Below, piece by piece: positions 12,711 to 25,508 of a DNA stretch of 64,000 bases (position 1 is its first letter; the number at the start of each line of letters is the position of its first letter). Both the position numbers and the translations under genes were made by a program. This DNA is from Chrysomallon squamiferum (lineage: Eukaryota; Animalia; Mollusca). Under the pieces are notes generated by a model. The model was given only the letters and a program-made list of their open reading frames with translations. It searched no databases and was not told where the DNA came from. The stretch spans positions 11,532,001-11,596,000 of the forward strand of contig CM022671.1 in NCBI GenBank assembly GCA_012295275.1, in the 5' to 3' direction.

Positions 12711-12828
12711 TTGTGATCATTACAGTGTTGTAATCCTTAAACATGTTGTCAACCAGCTCAGTTTGTGACCATGATGATCTTCATTCTTCAACAGCTTAAT
12801 TGTGATTATTACAGCGTTACCATCCTTA
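12679..12828 (+). repeat. Degenerate tandem duplication (period 89 bp) spanning the FGD stop codon
   Basis: 12679-12739 accaagacaatcttcattcatctgcagcttaattgtgatcattacagtgttgtaatcctta vs 12768-12828 accatgatgatcttcattcttcaacagcttaattgtgattattacagcgttaccatcctta. Confidence 0.9.
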
Positions 12829-13644
12829 CAGTTTGTACTAACATTATCTTGTTACTGTCTCTTTAAAGAAATACAAAGTTTCAAAAACAGAGGATTATTT
12901 TTAGTGTTGACCTGTACAGCAGATGAAATGAGTTAAACCTAGAGGGTTAATATAGTGGTTTTCTGTCCTTTAATCACAAAGGGAATGTCTTAAACATACT
13001 GCCTTGAGTAAGAAATATATATATTCTTAACCATGCTTAGAGGTACTATATAATATGCTCATAAATTGGAACTTAAAACTACTATGTACATGTAATTACA
13101 ACACATTATGCTAACAGTTTCAAGCAAGTGTCTTCCATGTTTCAGCTGCCAGTTAATATATGAAGAAATGATACTTGACTAACTGAATGATTAAAGCATG
13201 TTTCATTTTGTTTGTCACGTGTTCATCAGATACATTTTCACGTTTACATCCAGAAATAACATCATGAGAAACAGAAGAAAGAACATAGAGCATTTGTTAT
13301 ATTATGTTAAAATATATAAAAAAAAAAAAAGCTTTAGAAGTTTGAAAAATGTGTTTTCAGTGAAAAAAAAATGATGACAGTCAAAGCAAAAAGAGATTTT
13401 TTTTCAGAATGAAATGTCACCATGTGGTGTAATTTAAAGAATTTCAGACTATTTTCATACAAACAGTTTATGTTTATGACTGCTGAGAAAACAATTGTTT
13501 TAAAATTTCCAAAATGAAACATAAAAATCTTATTTTAACATTATCAAGATAAATAATTTTAACAAAAATTTGTATTACTGAAAATTATTCTAGTTTCTGG
13601 TTTGAAAATCAGAATATTAACCCATTATGTTAATTGTGCCAATC

Positions 13645-13761
13645 TGTTATTGTTATTATTACTATTACTATTACTATTATTATTACTATTATTATTACTA
13701 TTATTATTTTTATTATTATTATTATTATTATTATTGTTATTGTTATTATTATTAGTAGTAA

Positions 13762-13803
<42 letters not shown>

Positions 13804-13822
13804 CATTATTGGTTGTTGTTGT
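13645..13822. repeat. Imperfect (ATT)n microsatellite
   Basis: Direct reading; source of the poly-Leu and poly-Ile pseudo-ORFs. Confidence 0.97.
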
Positions 13823-14092
13823 TAAATTTGGTTTTATTATTTAACATATTTTTTTCCTTTTCCTTTGTCAGGGATTTTCAGTAATTCAGGACCAATATCT
13901 TCCGTTCTTTGCCACAAATAAGTTGCCTTGGTTACTAAACTCAGGAAAATATAGTAACACCATCATTATCATCTGTCATTACTATCATCCAATCATGTCA
14001 TATTTTACTCAAAATACCTTGCTTCAAAAACATCAGGAATATATTTGCTGGAATAAATTGACTTTTAGAATTTTTATTATTATTATTATAAT

Positions 14093-14889
14093 TGTCACAG
14101 GGCTCACACCTTTAAACACCTTGTATGTTTTTAAGGCTCAGTCTAGGGTAACAAGGTGCTTTAATGGTCACCTAACAAGGAATATAAACACTAAATTGAC
14201 AGCAATCTGTATAAATCTATAAGTCTATCCATCCACTAGAGAAATACACACAACAACTCAGTTAAGGTTCACGTTAATTATTTAATTATGATATACAGGT
14301 GACTTGGTAGTAATACATTATACAATCATAAAGCATACATTTAAGTAATGATATGAGAAAGGTCATACGAGTAAGGTCATGTGGGGAAACAAGACAAAAT
14401 AAGAATCTCTATGGAGGACAGATTAATACCTTAACATTTTAGGTATAACAGATGTTATTGAAACAGGTTAATTGCACATTACACCCTATCAAAATAAGAT
14501 TAGACAATTGCTTACCATACTCGTCCATAAAGACAATGTCATTCAAGAACATTGGTTTCCCCACCTAACTGAACTCTCGTCTTGACCGTTTCTTTCGCTC
14601 ACGCTTACTTCGCTCTGCTCTCTTCTCTTCTCTTTTCAATTACCAAAATGCTAGCCTTTTTATAACAAGGCCATGGATTGAAAAATTAGCTGAAACAATA
14701 AAAAGAGCAGATGTGATTGTAGTAATAATTAAAGTTACGCAATTTCAATTCCATAGTTTAAAAATAAAAAAGCGGATGTGATTTGAAGTAACAATTAAAG
14801 TTATGCAATCTGACTTCATCACTTAAACATAAAAGGAGCGGATCTGACTGAAGCAACAAATTTGGTTATGCAATCTGAATTCTGTGACA
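14093..14889 (-). mobile_element. Solo LTR of an LTR retrotransposon (Gypsy- or BEL/Pao-type), 797 bp
   Basis: TG...CA ends with 8-bp inverted repeats TGTCACAG/CTGTGACA; 5-bp TSD ATAAT at 14088-14092 and 14890-14894. On the minus strand: three ~66-bp tandem repeats (U3-like), TATAAAAA at 14664-14657, ATTAAA signals at 14286-14281 and 14165-14160. No internal gag/pol. Confidence 0.8.
14697..14881. repeat. Three diverged ~66-bp tandem units in the LTR U3-like end
   Basis: Units start aataaaaagagcagatgtgat (14697), aataaaaaagcggatgtgat (14763), cataaaaggagcggatctgac (14828); each contains (a/g)gtta(c/t)gcaat. Confidence 0.9.
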
Positions 14890-15457
14890 ATAATATTATT
14901 AGTTTGATTATTTTTTTATTTATTTATGACTATTTTATTGAAATTTATATCAATGAGGCATTGCAGTTTTCTCTTTGGCAGTCTTCCAGTGTTCTGGTTC
15001 AGTTTTAACATGAATTGGGACATAGTGACATTGAAATTATATGAAAAAAGGTCACAATAGAATATCATGGTATGTAGTGTCACTGAAGTAAAATAGATAT
15101 ATATATTTAGTAGGACCTAGTGATACTGAAGTGATTGTGGAAACAAACAAGTCTAAATCTAGTGATACATACTGATAGTGAAATAAGAGGAAAAGAAATC
15201 ACAGCAGAGTCCATAGTGGACAAAGTCACATTGACATGAAATGTCTGTGTAAATATTGTTTGGACTGAATAAAGTTAAGGTTTGATGAAATGTGTACTAG
15301 ATAGTTCTAAGTAAGTGATGAATGTAGTTTCTGTAGAAAATATTATTAATATTTGTTGTTTACAATGTGTATCTTAAAGCTGTGTTTATTATCTGTATTG
15401 ATAAACTGGGTAATTCACACACTATTCGAAATACAGACGAACTTCTTTACATAGTCT

Positions 15458-15545
15458 ATTCACAAACACAACCTATATACAGTACATTCACAAACACAAC
15501 CTTCACTCAGTACATTCACACACAACCTTCACACAGTACATTCAC
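15458..15545. repeat. Short array of 28-bp minisatellite (ATTCACAAACACAACCT...TAC)
   Basis: About three degenerate units read directly. Confidence 0.85.
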
Positions 15546-15860
15546 CTTGGGTTCAAACTGAAGGAAAGAAAAGGGCTATTATGTACTTGAAAAGAGATCC
15601 AGTGGGCCAGGAATAAGTAACACCATCATGAGTGTGTGGATTGGGAGGTGCAAGTGTATAATTTTCAGGAGCTACACAGCAAAGCTGATAAGTAAATAGA
15701 TGTAATTTTTATTGAGATTAGATGTTATTTTCTGGAATATGGCACACCTGTGACAATGACAGAATGATGTTACATGCAAACACATAATTAGTCTGTGGGC
15801 CATGTGTTTAAGACCCCTGCTATATATAGTATATTAACAAATCTGATCTGTATAAAATGC

Positions 15861-16210
15861 ATTCACAAATATAACCTATATATAATACATTCGCAAATAT
15901 AACATCATAATCCATTCACAAACACAACCTATATATAATACATTTACAAACACAACCTATATATAATAATTTACAAACACAACCTATATAAAATACATTT
16001 ACAAACACAACCTATATATAATACATTTACAAACAGTATATACATAATGCATTCACAAACAACCTATACGTAATACATTCACAAACACAGTCTATACATA
16101 GTACATTTACAAACAACCTATACGTAATACATTCACAAACACAGTCTATACATAGTACATTTACAAACACAACCTATATATAATACATTCACAAACAGTC
16201 TATACATAAT
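15861..16210. repeat. 28-bp minisatellite, consensus ACATT(C/T)ACAAACACAACCTATATATAAT, with 26/28-bp dimers
   Basis: Roughly 13 tandem units read directly; near-exact 54-bp dimer repeated at ~16051-16158. Confidence 0.93.
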
Positions 16211-17421
16211 ATGTCTATGCACATAATAAAACCTAGATGATTGTTTTAATATTGAGTTTTCAGGATATCACTATAGATCAAAAATCAAGCTTTGTGAAAT
16301 ATTATTATTGAAATTTGTGGATGTTAGATGAGTATTAATGATATACACAGTATTCCTGTATTAAGTATTTTTAAAGATTAATTCATCAGCATTAATGTAT
16401 TAATTTACTGTGTAGATTTCAAAGAGTTTTCTGCATTCAGCTGTTCATTTATCCTTTTTTAGTTTGTTTTGATTTTTTTCTGATTTTTTTTTAATTCATG
16501 ATTTATAACTTTTTCTAAAGGGAGGAAAAACAATTAAAATCTTGTATACATCTACATAGGAGAAAAAAGAAGTGCATTTCTTTGACCCACAAGCATTACA
16601 AAAGAATCGTATTTATGACTATACTTAAATGATTTATAAACAATCAGAAGTATTCTTTCCATTTAAAGCATTATAAATAATCATGGATTTCATTTTTTCC
16701 CACACTAACTGTAAATTATATATAACCAGTACATTTGGATACATATGTATTATTAAAATACTATTTTTTATGTGTAAATTCAAGCTGATGTTTTTATTTT
16801 TTATGTTTTACTGGCTGTAAGTGTTTAACTATACCACACTCTGTTTGAGAGTTTATATTTAATGTTATCATTCTGGCTGTGTGTGTGAATTACAGATGTT
16901 TCAGAAACATTTTTGTTATATTTTTAAACATTAACGTACTAATAATACTTGGTGTTTTAATCAGAGTTTAACTCAGACTATGACCATGTAAAATAATTAA
17001 GAGTATTTCTGTTAACATTCTAGAGTTGCTAGAGTTTTTTCCCCTTGTTTAGAGTAACTTCCATTGTATAAACATAAATGTAGTAATTATTTCTAACGTT
17101 GTTTTCATTTAATTACAAGAATTAAAATTAAGTGGTGTCAGTTGTTTTTTAATTATCAAGGCCAAAGTGTATAATTTATTTTTGGTGTTTCGTTATCAAA
17201 GAAAGCAGACTGCACAAAAATGTTTGCTTAAATCTTTTTTTTTCATTATTTTTGTTTTGTTATTTTGTTATATTGTATATCACCATTCAACAAAAATATG
17301 TTTATTTTATAACATTTGTACACATTAAGATATAAGATTATTTTGTGAAAATATATACTTTTGTATAAATTTAAGCATTTGTATATCAGATTATGGTATT
17401 TGCACTTTGTAAAATTGTACT

Positions 17422-17427
17422 AATAAA
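17422..17427 (+). terminator. Candidate poly(A) signal of the FGD gene
   Basis: AATAAA preceded by many TGTA motifs and followed by a GT/T-rich tract; coincides with the end of the CpG-poor domain. Confidence 0.5.
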
Positions 17428-17628
17428 GATGTTCACGGTGCTTACACTGTTTTATTTTATTTATTTTTAAACTGCACTTGCAGACCTGCATTTCAGTTGT
17501 TAAACTTGCAGAAAGGACCATGATTTTTATATATATTATTATTATTATTATTATTTATTTATTTTATTTATTTATTTTTTTATTATTATTATTTACTTAG
17601 CTACTTCTTTTTGTGTGTGTGTGTGTGG

Positions 17629-17662
<34 letters not shown>

Positions 17663-20600
17663 ATTGCTTTAACAAAAACAAAAAAATAATACATCTGCGA
17701 ACACTGGTAGAGCTTAAACGTGATCATTATCTGTTGATATTTAAAATATGACAAGTGACAAGGTAAATATATCAAATAAGCGCCTTCAAAAGTAACTGAG
17801 TATTTTTGTTTTTTAATTAATTAATTATTCTTTTCAAAATATTTACACTGTCTTCATTCAAAATGATTTTTAAAAAAAAGCCTTGCATTAAGTTCAATCG
17901 AAAATGTAATATACTGGCATAATACTAGAAGAGCTATGGATAGGAATTCACTGTGTGATGCTTGCAGGGGTTGTAGTGATTTACTTTATTTGAACACTGC
18001 CATCGATCAATAGCAGACCAAAGAACAAGTTCATTCTTCGCCTACAATATATTGGCAGATTACATGTTTTTACGATACAGCTTGTCGCTGGAATAGCTTT
18101 TCATTCCACTGGAGCTCAATTCCAATGCAATTTATTATTATTATTTCTTCTCAAACCCTTTTTTAAAAAAAAATTTATCAGGAAGAAAAAGTAAATAAAA
18201 ATATCAATTTGTATTAAGTATCATTCAATCATATCTTTTTGGTCGATAACATTATCAACTTTAGACATTTCTGTAAAGGAAAATGGTTTTCTAGAAGATG
18301 ACGATAGAGTTAATTATGAAGACATTTACTATATTTTAAAAAAGAAAGAAGAAAAGAAGTAACATTATCTTCATCATAAATTTATTCAGAATGTTTTTTT
18401 ATTATAGATCATTTGTTTATGTGTTTTCAGACAAATTTGGCATCAGAAATCACCATATAATCAGTGTATTAGAAACTACACATTAACTACGTAATATGCT
18501 ACACTGAAAGACTTCAGCCACATGCCAGATTTATCAAGTTTATATCAAAATATATGTTTAGTGAGCAGTTTAATTTTCTAGCATGTTATCTTCAAAAGAC
18601 TGATGTAACATGCATAAAACAGAAAGTTTATTTCTTGTCGACAAAATGAGTTTCGTTTTTCTTTTTACTTATTATTTTTAATTTATGTATAATTATTTAA
18701 TTATTCTGACTGAACTCAAAATGCCTCCACTGTTCTTCAGCTTCAATGAACTTATCAAGAATTAATTTGCTAAGAACTTGACCACACTGAAAATCACAAG
18801 CTACCAGATGGTCAAGCCTAAAATTGCTATCTGAAGATTTTCTTCTATTATGAAGATGTCTTACTTCCCAAAGGAATGGTTGATTCCAGTATTTTTATCT
18901 TGTTTCCTGCTGGATGAACAAAGTGGCTGGAGTGGTATGGCATTTCTCAATATGCACACACTACCGGAGCTGCGTCTGCTACAATATTAAGGCTCATTTA
19001 GCAATCTGGAGAGTAATTTCCTTAAGGAGAACCAATGGTTTTTATTTCTTTCAGATAGCATCACTCGTAAAGTCAGGAGATTTACCAGTTCTTGATTAGC
19101 GAAGGAATATGCACACTGGCCGCAAACAAATATATTGGCTTTGACTGTAATCTGAGTGACTAATCTGTATAAAAAGGATTGATTCAACAGTTTTCAACAA
19201 AACGCTTTCAACAATCGAACAAAGCTGATGAAAGGACTCCTGAGTAGGCCTAACCACACTCTCAATTTTAGATTTATTTTTTTCTCAGAAATGGTTTAAC
19301 GACTAGCTATTTTCATTTCTTTCTTTCTTTCTTTATATAATGAATGCTACTAAGGTTTGTTTAAAAGTCAAAGCACATAAAATAGACGTTAACCAGTTTC
19401 ACTTGTTGCTTATTTTCTTAACTGGAATTTTCATTATTCGGCTTTTGTCTTTATTACTACTGCTACTACTGTTACTACTATTAATAATAATAATAATAGG
19501 AAATTCATAAAATAAAATTTATAATTTAAAAAGAAAAACGTATTAAATAAATTAAATTACATCTTGCAAAATAGGGCGGGCGATATAATTTTTCAAACTG
19601 TGAATTCGAATTTTCTGACATAATATTTCTAAACACTTTTGTTGTCTTTTATTGTTTATTTCTTGTTGTTGCTGTTGGTTTGTATTTAAATAAACTAGAG
19701 AAAAGCAAAAGATCTTTTATTTTTCTAGTTAAATCTGAGGCATTTTGTGGCATTTTTAATTATTTCATATGTTAAGATCATACATTTATTACATAAAGGT
19801 AAAAAACCAAAAGAAATCAGCGTATGGTTTGAATCAGTGCAATGTTTATCATTTTAACTGGACATTTATACATATCATATTATATCTTAACAATGACAAA
19901 ACAGGATGCCACAAAACATAGTGTTGAATCAGTACACTGTCCAATCTTTACACAGTGAGTCACTGATTGTTACTCAGAGGGGATTTGCTGCATTAATAGA
20001 TGCAGAAGCTGACAGAAATCAATGCTTGTTCATATAAAGGAAATCGTACAAGTTGAATTGGTTCATGCAGAATGGACATCTGCTAAACGATCACCTATCA
20101 GCCTAGAATGTGCAGCTTGGAGCCTGCTAGAATGAAGAACATATTTAAAGTAATCTCTACATTAAACCAAAAATATGGTGAACACATCCATGGTTGCCTC
20201 TTTCTAATTTTGTTTCTTTTAATATGAGTATATTTTGCAATAAATATAAACTTAATGAAATTATAATATAGTTTCTGAAATAAACTAAATGTTAGATTTG
20301 GAAATTCAGGTGTAAATTATAATGGTCATCAAGAGAATAATGTTCTATTATTTCTGTTTTGAAGAAACTGAGTGTGATATTATACAAACCAAACACTGCA
20401 TTTTTGTTTTATCATGATTTTGATAAAAAATCAAGTTCAGTAGACATATCTGAATCTGTTCTTGTTAAAGATATTTTCTACATTAAAAATATAATAAATA
20501 AATAAAATAAACTAACTAAAAAAATATAAAAATAACAGCATCCACTTAATTATGGTTATTTACCTACATACATGCTCATAAATGCACAGATGCCTATCAG

Positions 20601-20984
20601 CTGTCTCGATTAATAATTAAAAATGAAATTTCTTATTTCTTTCATATTCAGTTATAATTTGAGTGTGACATGGCTCTGAATTTTTTTGAAGAGAAAACAT
20701 CGATTCATCTAAAACCACAGCAAATTGTTTACATTAATATTTCGTGTTATTCATAGTGCCATTACAATAACAGCAATCTCCCAGTCTCTCATGGTTTTAA
20801 TTTAATGTTTTTCATGCAAGAACACATGAAGGAAATAAACCTTGTGATAATAATTATGGGGGAAAGGGGAGAAAAAGAAAAGAAGATAACTGAATATTTA
20901 TTTATTTATTAATAGTTTTTATTTATTTATTTAATTATTATTATTAATGAAACAACAATATACTTATATATATACACACACACA

Positions 20985-21290
20985 AAAAGCTTTTTCGGTT
21001 TTCTAAATTGGGTATATGGGATCTTCAACCTATATATACATATACCGAAAAGCTCTGAAATCGGAAACAGTTTTCCGAGCAGCAGAAATATTGATATTTT
21101 ACAGTTTTAGGACTCTTTTGCATACATACATTTTATTATTAAAAATACTATATAAAACATCCTGCAGTATATCTATATAAGCTGTATATGAAAAATAAAT
21201 GACTTAGATTCTATTCTCTTTATATCTCCTTAACGTTCCAAAATCCAAAACACTTCCGATCCCAAGCATGTGGATAAAGGATTCTCGACA
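20985..21290. mobile_element. Degenerate pogo/Tigger4 (MER46)-like DNA transposon relics
   Basis: Minus strand of 21236-21290 reads gtcgagaatcctttatccacatgcttgggatcggaagtgttttggattttggaa, and 21007-21030 ends ...tatgggatcttcaacct. Both resemble the Tigger4-type termini as I recall them (CAGGTTGAGTATCCCTTATCCGAAATGCTTGGGACCAGAAGTGTTT...). Both abut (TA)n. Confidence 0.6.
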
Positions 21291-21499
21291 TATATATATA
21301 TATAAAATAAAGATGGAACTGTAAAACGCATATATATATATATATATATATAAAATAAAGATATAAATATATATATATATATATATAAAATAAAAGTAAA
21401 TAAATAATGAAAGAGGACTTGTACGGTTTTTTTTTTCTCTACTGCTGTGCTGCAACATAACTTTAAGATAATTATATAGCTCCATTGTGTACAATGTTT

Positions 21500-21800
21500 T
21501 ATGAAAACATCAGCCGATGACTCTCACTCAAATTAATATTCGCTCTTCGTTTGTTGAAATAAACTTGCCATTAACCAGTGACATCCCACAGTTTCGCGCA
21601 CCAGATTGCTCGGTAAGAACCATCACCATTAGTTCACAGAAGTGACGTGAATCGTAATCTACCCAAGTTTCAGATGGGCTGACGTCACATGGCGAATAAT
21701 TTCTGTCACTGTTGACATTCAGCTGTCAAGGTCCCGGCAGGTTCCTGGAATGGATTGGTGCATTTTTGTTAGTGACACAGAGTGAACAGTGATTTTTCCT
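21500..21800. promoter_or_regulatory. CpG-retaining regulatory block with full CRE
   Basis: TGACGTCA at 21680-21687, GTGACGTG at ~21642, ATTGG (CCAAT rc) at ~21754, local CpG enrichment. Confidence 0.4.
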
Positions 21801-21865
21801 GAAAAAATAGTCAGTATTTTGTTGTATTTTAGAAAATGTTTGTGTGTGTCTGTGCGTATGAGAAC

Positions 21866-21867
<2 letters not shown>

Positions 21868-21932
<65 letters not shown>
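21868..21932. repeat. (GA)n microsatellite
   Basis: Direct reading. Confidence 0.98.
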
Positions 21933-21935
<3 letters not shown>

Positions 21936-22452
21936 AATTAGTAACAAAACAGCAAATTCAAGCGAGTTTTTTTAAATAATTATTTTTGAGTTGATTGAAA
22001 ATGTTGTTTCTCGTATCTATTTAAAGCTGCTGAGAAGGGAACATTTTCTTCTGATTAAGAAAATCTAATCAGTGGATGAAAAAAGTATTTTGGGATCAAC
22101 GAACTCTTCCACAGGTTTAAAAACAAAGTGAGAGTTCCATTATTATTATTATTATTATTATTATTAATCTTTTTTTACTGAAGAACACAGGACTTCTGAA
22201 GGAATTTTAGAGTTATTTCCCTCAGACAAATTAATTATTAATATCAGTTTTGTTCTTCTTGCCTGCTGTGTACGAATAATGTTAAAATTGAATGTTAAAT
22301 CCTGAATGTTTAATAAACAGAAATAAATAAAGAAAATAATAAACTGTTTACATAAGCCCATTCGTGTTAATAGTCTAACTTCGCCAGTAACCGGGTTTTA
22401 GAAATTATCTGCGTGAAATTAACTCTCTCTTTTTTTTAATGTTTTTATCACG

Positions 22453-22491
<39 letters not shown>

Positions 22492-24110
22492 GTTCTGGGA
22501 TTTTTTGTTGCAATTTTTCAAATATTAAACACATAATAAATGGGACTTCGTGAATGTTTGTGCTTCTGAGTAGTTTTATCATTAAGAAAACACTGTCAAT
22601 TTGAAGAGATATAATTATTCTTCAACGTTATAAATAATTATCATTTCGCATAACTGCTATTTTTATTGCCTCTTCTTTGAACTTTCTTCGACCACATCAA
22701 ACACTCGAATATCCTCTCTTTCTTACTCAATCCTCGATCTTCAGTGCGCATGCCGCTAAGCTCTTGATACTAAAGTGATTTCCGTCAGTGAGTCAGGGAA
22801 GCATTTTATGAGGTAGTAGCCGATATAACAATGTCTTAACTCGTAATGCGTCAATTTACACCAGCGGCCATGTCGTGCCGGGCAATAATTGAATAAACTA
22901 GTGTAAATTGTGATTGATAGTGGTAGAGACGTGACACAGGGCTGTAGATGTAAAACGCCTTTCATTCAGGAACACTGATTTTTTTAACCACATAATAATA
23001 ATAATGTTAATATTTATTAAATACTTGCTCTTAAAGACATTTTATTTTATGATAAAATTATGTAGGAAAAATAGAATAAAAAATAAATATTCTCCTATTT
23101 AGTAGGTTCGTTATTATAAAGGTGTACGTACCAACTATGTATATGTCTTTCTCGAAGTGTGACAGATATGTGTCCAATACGTTCATTTAACCTACACCAT
23201 TAGATTTGCTCATGCAGGTTAATTTTTAATATAAATTTATTTCATTAATTTCTTTCAAAGCTACTAAATTATTTTTGTAATCTAAACGTGATCATAGAAT
23301 GTTTTTAAAATCTTTTTCTTATGTGTTGAGTATGCTACTAGTAATACAACAACAACAGTAGCTACTACTACTACTACTACTACTACCTGTACTACTGGTA
23401 CTACTATTCTTATTATAACTAATACTATTACTACTATAAGAACAACCACTACTTATACTACTTGCTTTCCTTATTTATTTCTTCATTTATGTTTATTATT
23501 AGTAGGTGTATTATGTTTGTTTTTGTCATTACCAGAATTGTTGTTGGTGGTGTTGTTTTGTTTCTCCTTTTCATTTTTCTTCTTTTTAATCTGCATTTTA
23601 TATTCCAATTCCGTATGGCTCAACAGAAGACTGGAGTACAATAATTTTTCCCTGACTGTATTCGGGAAGTGATAAATTGCCTGTGTGTGTTTTCAACAAC
23701 AGAAACGTTTGAGACATATCTCACCGGCCAGTTTTAAACATTGATCTATTGCTGGTTGGGCTGAGAACACTGGAAGACAATTATTTGTATCCCCACGAGG
23801 CAGCGGCAACACACTTGTATCAGCATGGCGTGACAGCCGGACAATGCCTCCAAATAACTGTTAAAATTGTCTTCATGAACTCCGTAAACACACCTGCGCC
23901 AATTACAAGCATGTTCGACGAAATGAAAACAAGTAAATATGGTCTCAGCTCCAGTTATAGATCTGAACACCAGATATTTGAAGATATTATATTATTGATT
24001 TGTTCTGGATCTCGTTTTTTTTTTTTTTTTTTTTTTTTTAATTCCATCTTAATTAATTCGAAATAAATCGCCATACATGATCGAGATGATTATGTAGTGT
24101 GTACATTGTT

Positions 24111-24146
<36 letters not shown>

Positions 24147-25468
24147 TGGGGGGTGTTCAGTTCATTTTGTTTTTCTTTACTTCTTTTCCTTTATAATCCA
24201 GGAATAATAATATATTTCATGTGCAGACATATTTAATACATTATACAAAAATATCTACATAGCTGTTTGAAAATATTCAGTAAAGTAAATAAATAAACAG
24301 TGTCAGTTATACCTGACCGGAAACTAGCATCTGTAGTTTGTGGACTTTATTTCCGGGGATGATTTCTACTGAAGATAGTTTTAGATTAGGAAAATAATTG
24401 TAGATAATTTGACAATCAATTTGATCCTGGTCTGAAAGACTAATTCCATTATAAAACATTACAGTTCTACGGCTGAGTCACTATCTAATACGGAACTTAA
24501 TTTTCTAAACAGTGATTCATTTCTGGAAATACTTTTGTACATACTTTGTGAACTGAAATAAAATACTCTTGAACAGACAAAGTCGGACAATATGATAATA
24601 ACATGGAGGTTGAAAAATTAACTTGTTGGTTTATGAACATGGTTAGAACAGAAAATTAATCATATTTTTTTTTTATTTCACCAAAATATTTAGAATTAGT
24701 ATATTTCTACAGACATTTCAATGGACTGATCAGTTGTAGCAAGGATGATCAAAGTTATGTTATGTTGAAGGATCATTCGTAGTGTTTTTATTATTTTATA
24801 TATTTTTTGGGGGGGTTTCATGTTCCAAATGATCTCATAACTCTCGACTGTGGTATGTGTTGTCTTGTGCAGAAAATATTTTTGCTGAAAATAGTAAATT
24901 TTCGAAGAATAATCGCTTTCACTTTCTTATCTTTTATTTATTTAAACATTTTAAGATATTCTTTTCCTTACTCAAAATTCAGTTTGAACTTCTGCCTGAA
25001 TAAGGAATACTCGTAAACATTCAACACAAGCTATACGTTGAGTAGAAGCAGTTATGGATCCGATAATTATAAACTGGAGAGATATTGACGTAACCTTTTA
25101 AAATGAAAGATGCAATAAGGTCGAATAACAGAAGAAAGTTTGATTTCTGAGTCGTTGTTTTCGAGTGTTACAAGAATGAGTCAGCAGTGAATTCAACAGA
25201 GGAAGAGAAATACCAAAAGATCTAGATGGATCCGAGGAAATGAATCTATTCATAAATAACTGAATAATATTTTTTCTAGTAAGGACAACAAATATAAGAA
25301 AACATGAGTTGGTTTTTATAGGTGATTAAGGTGTGAAACTCAAATTCAAGGTCTCAGAAGATTAATCTTTCTACAATAAAAACAAAAAGTATGTTACTTT
25401 CTACCATTTAATAATAAATAAATTATATTATATTATATTATATTTGATTATTTATTTATTAGTTGTTG

Positions 25469-25508
<40 letters not shown>

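Noticed and set aside
13602-13844. Poly-Leu and poly-Ile ORFs
   Set aside because: Translations of the (ATT)n microsatellite
15861-16210. CRISPR-like regular repeats
   Set aside because: Head-to-tail units without unique spacers, eukaryotic context, no cas genes
18430-19260. Possible exons of a small gene between the two loci
   Set aside because: Only isolated splice-like sites on either strand; no consistent frame or recognisable peptide
22801-22849. TGAGGTAGTAG (first 11 nt of let-7) in a weak hairpin
   Set aside because: The 3' half does not match let-7, and the fold is too short and irregular for a pre-miRNA
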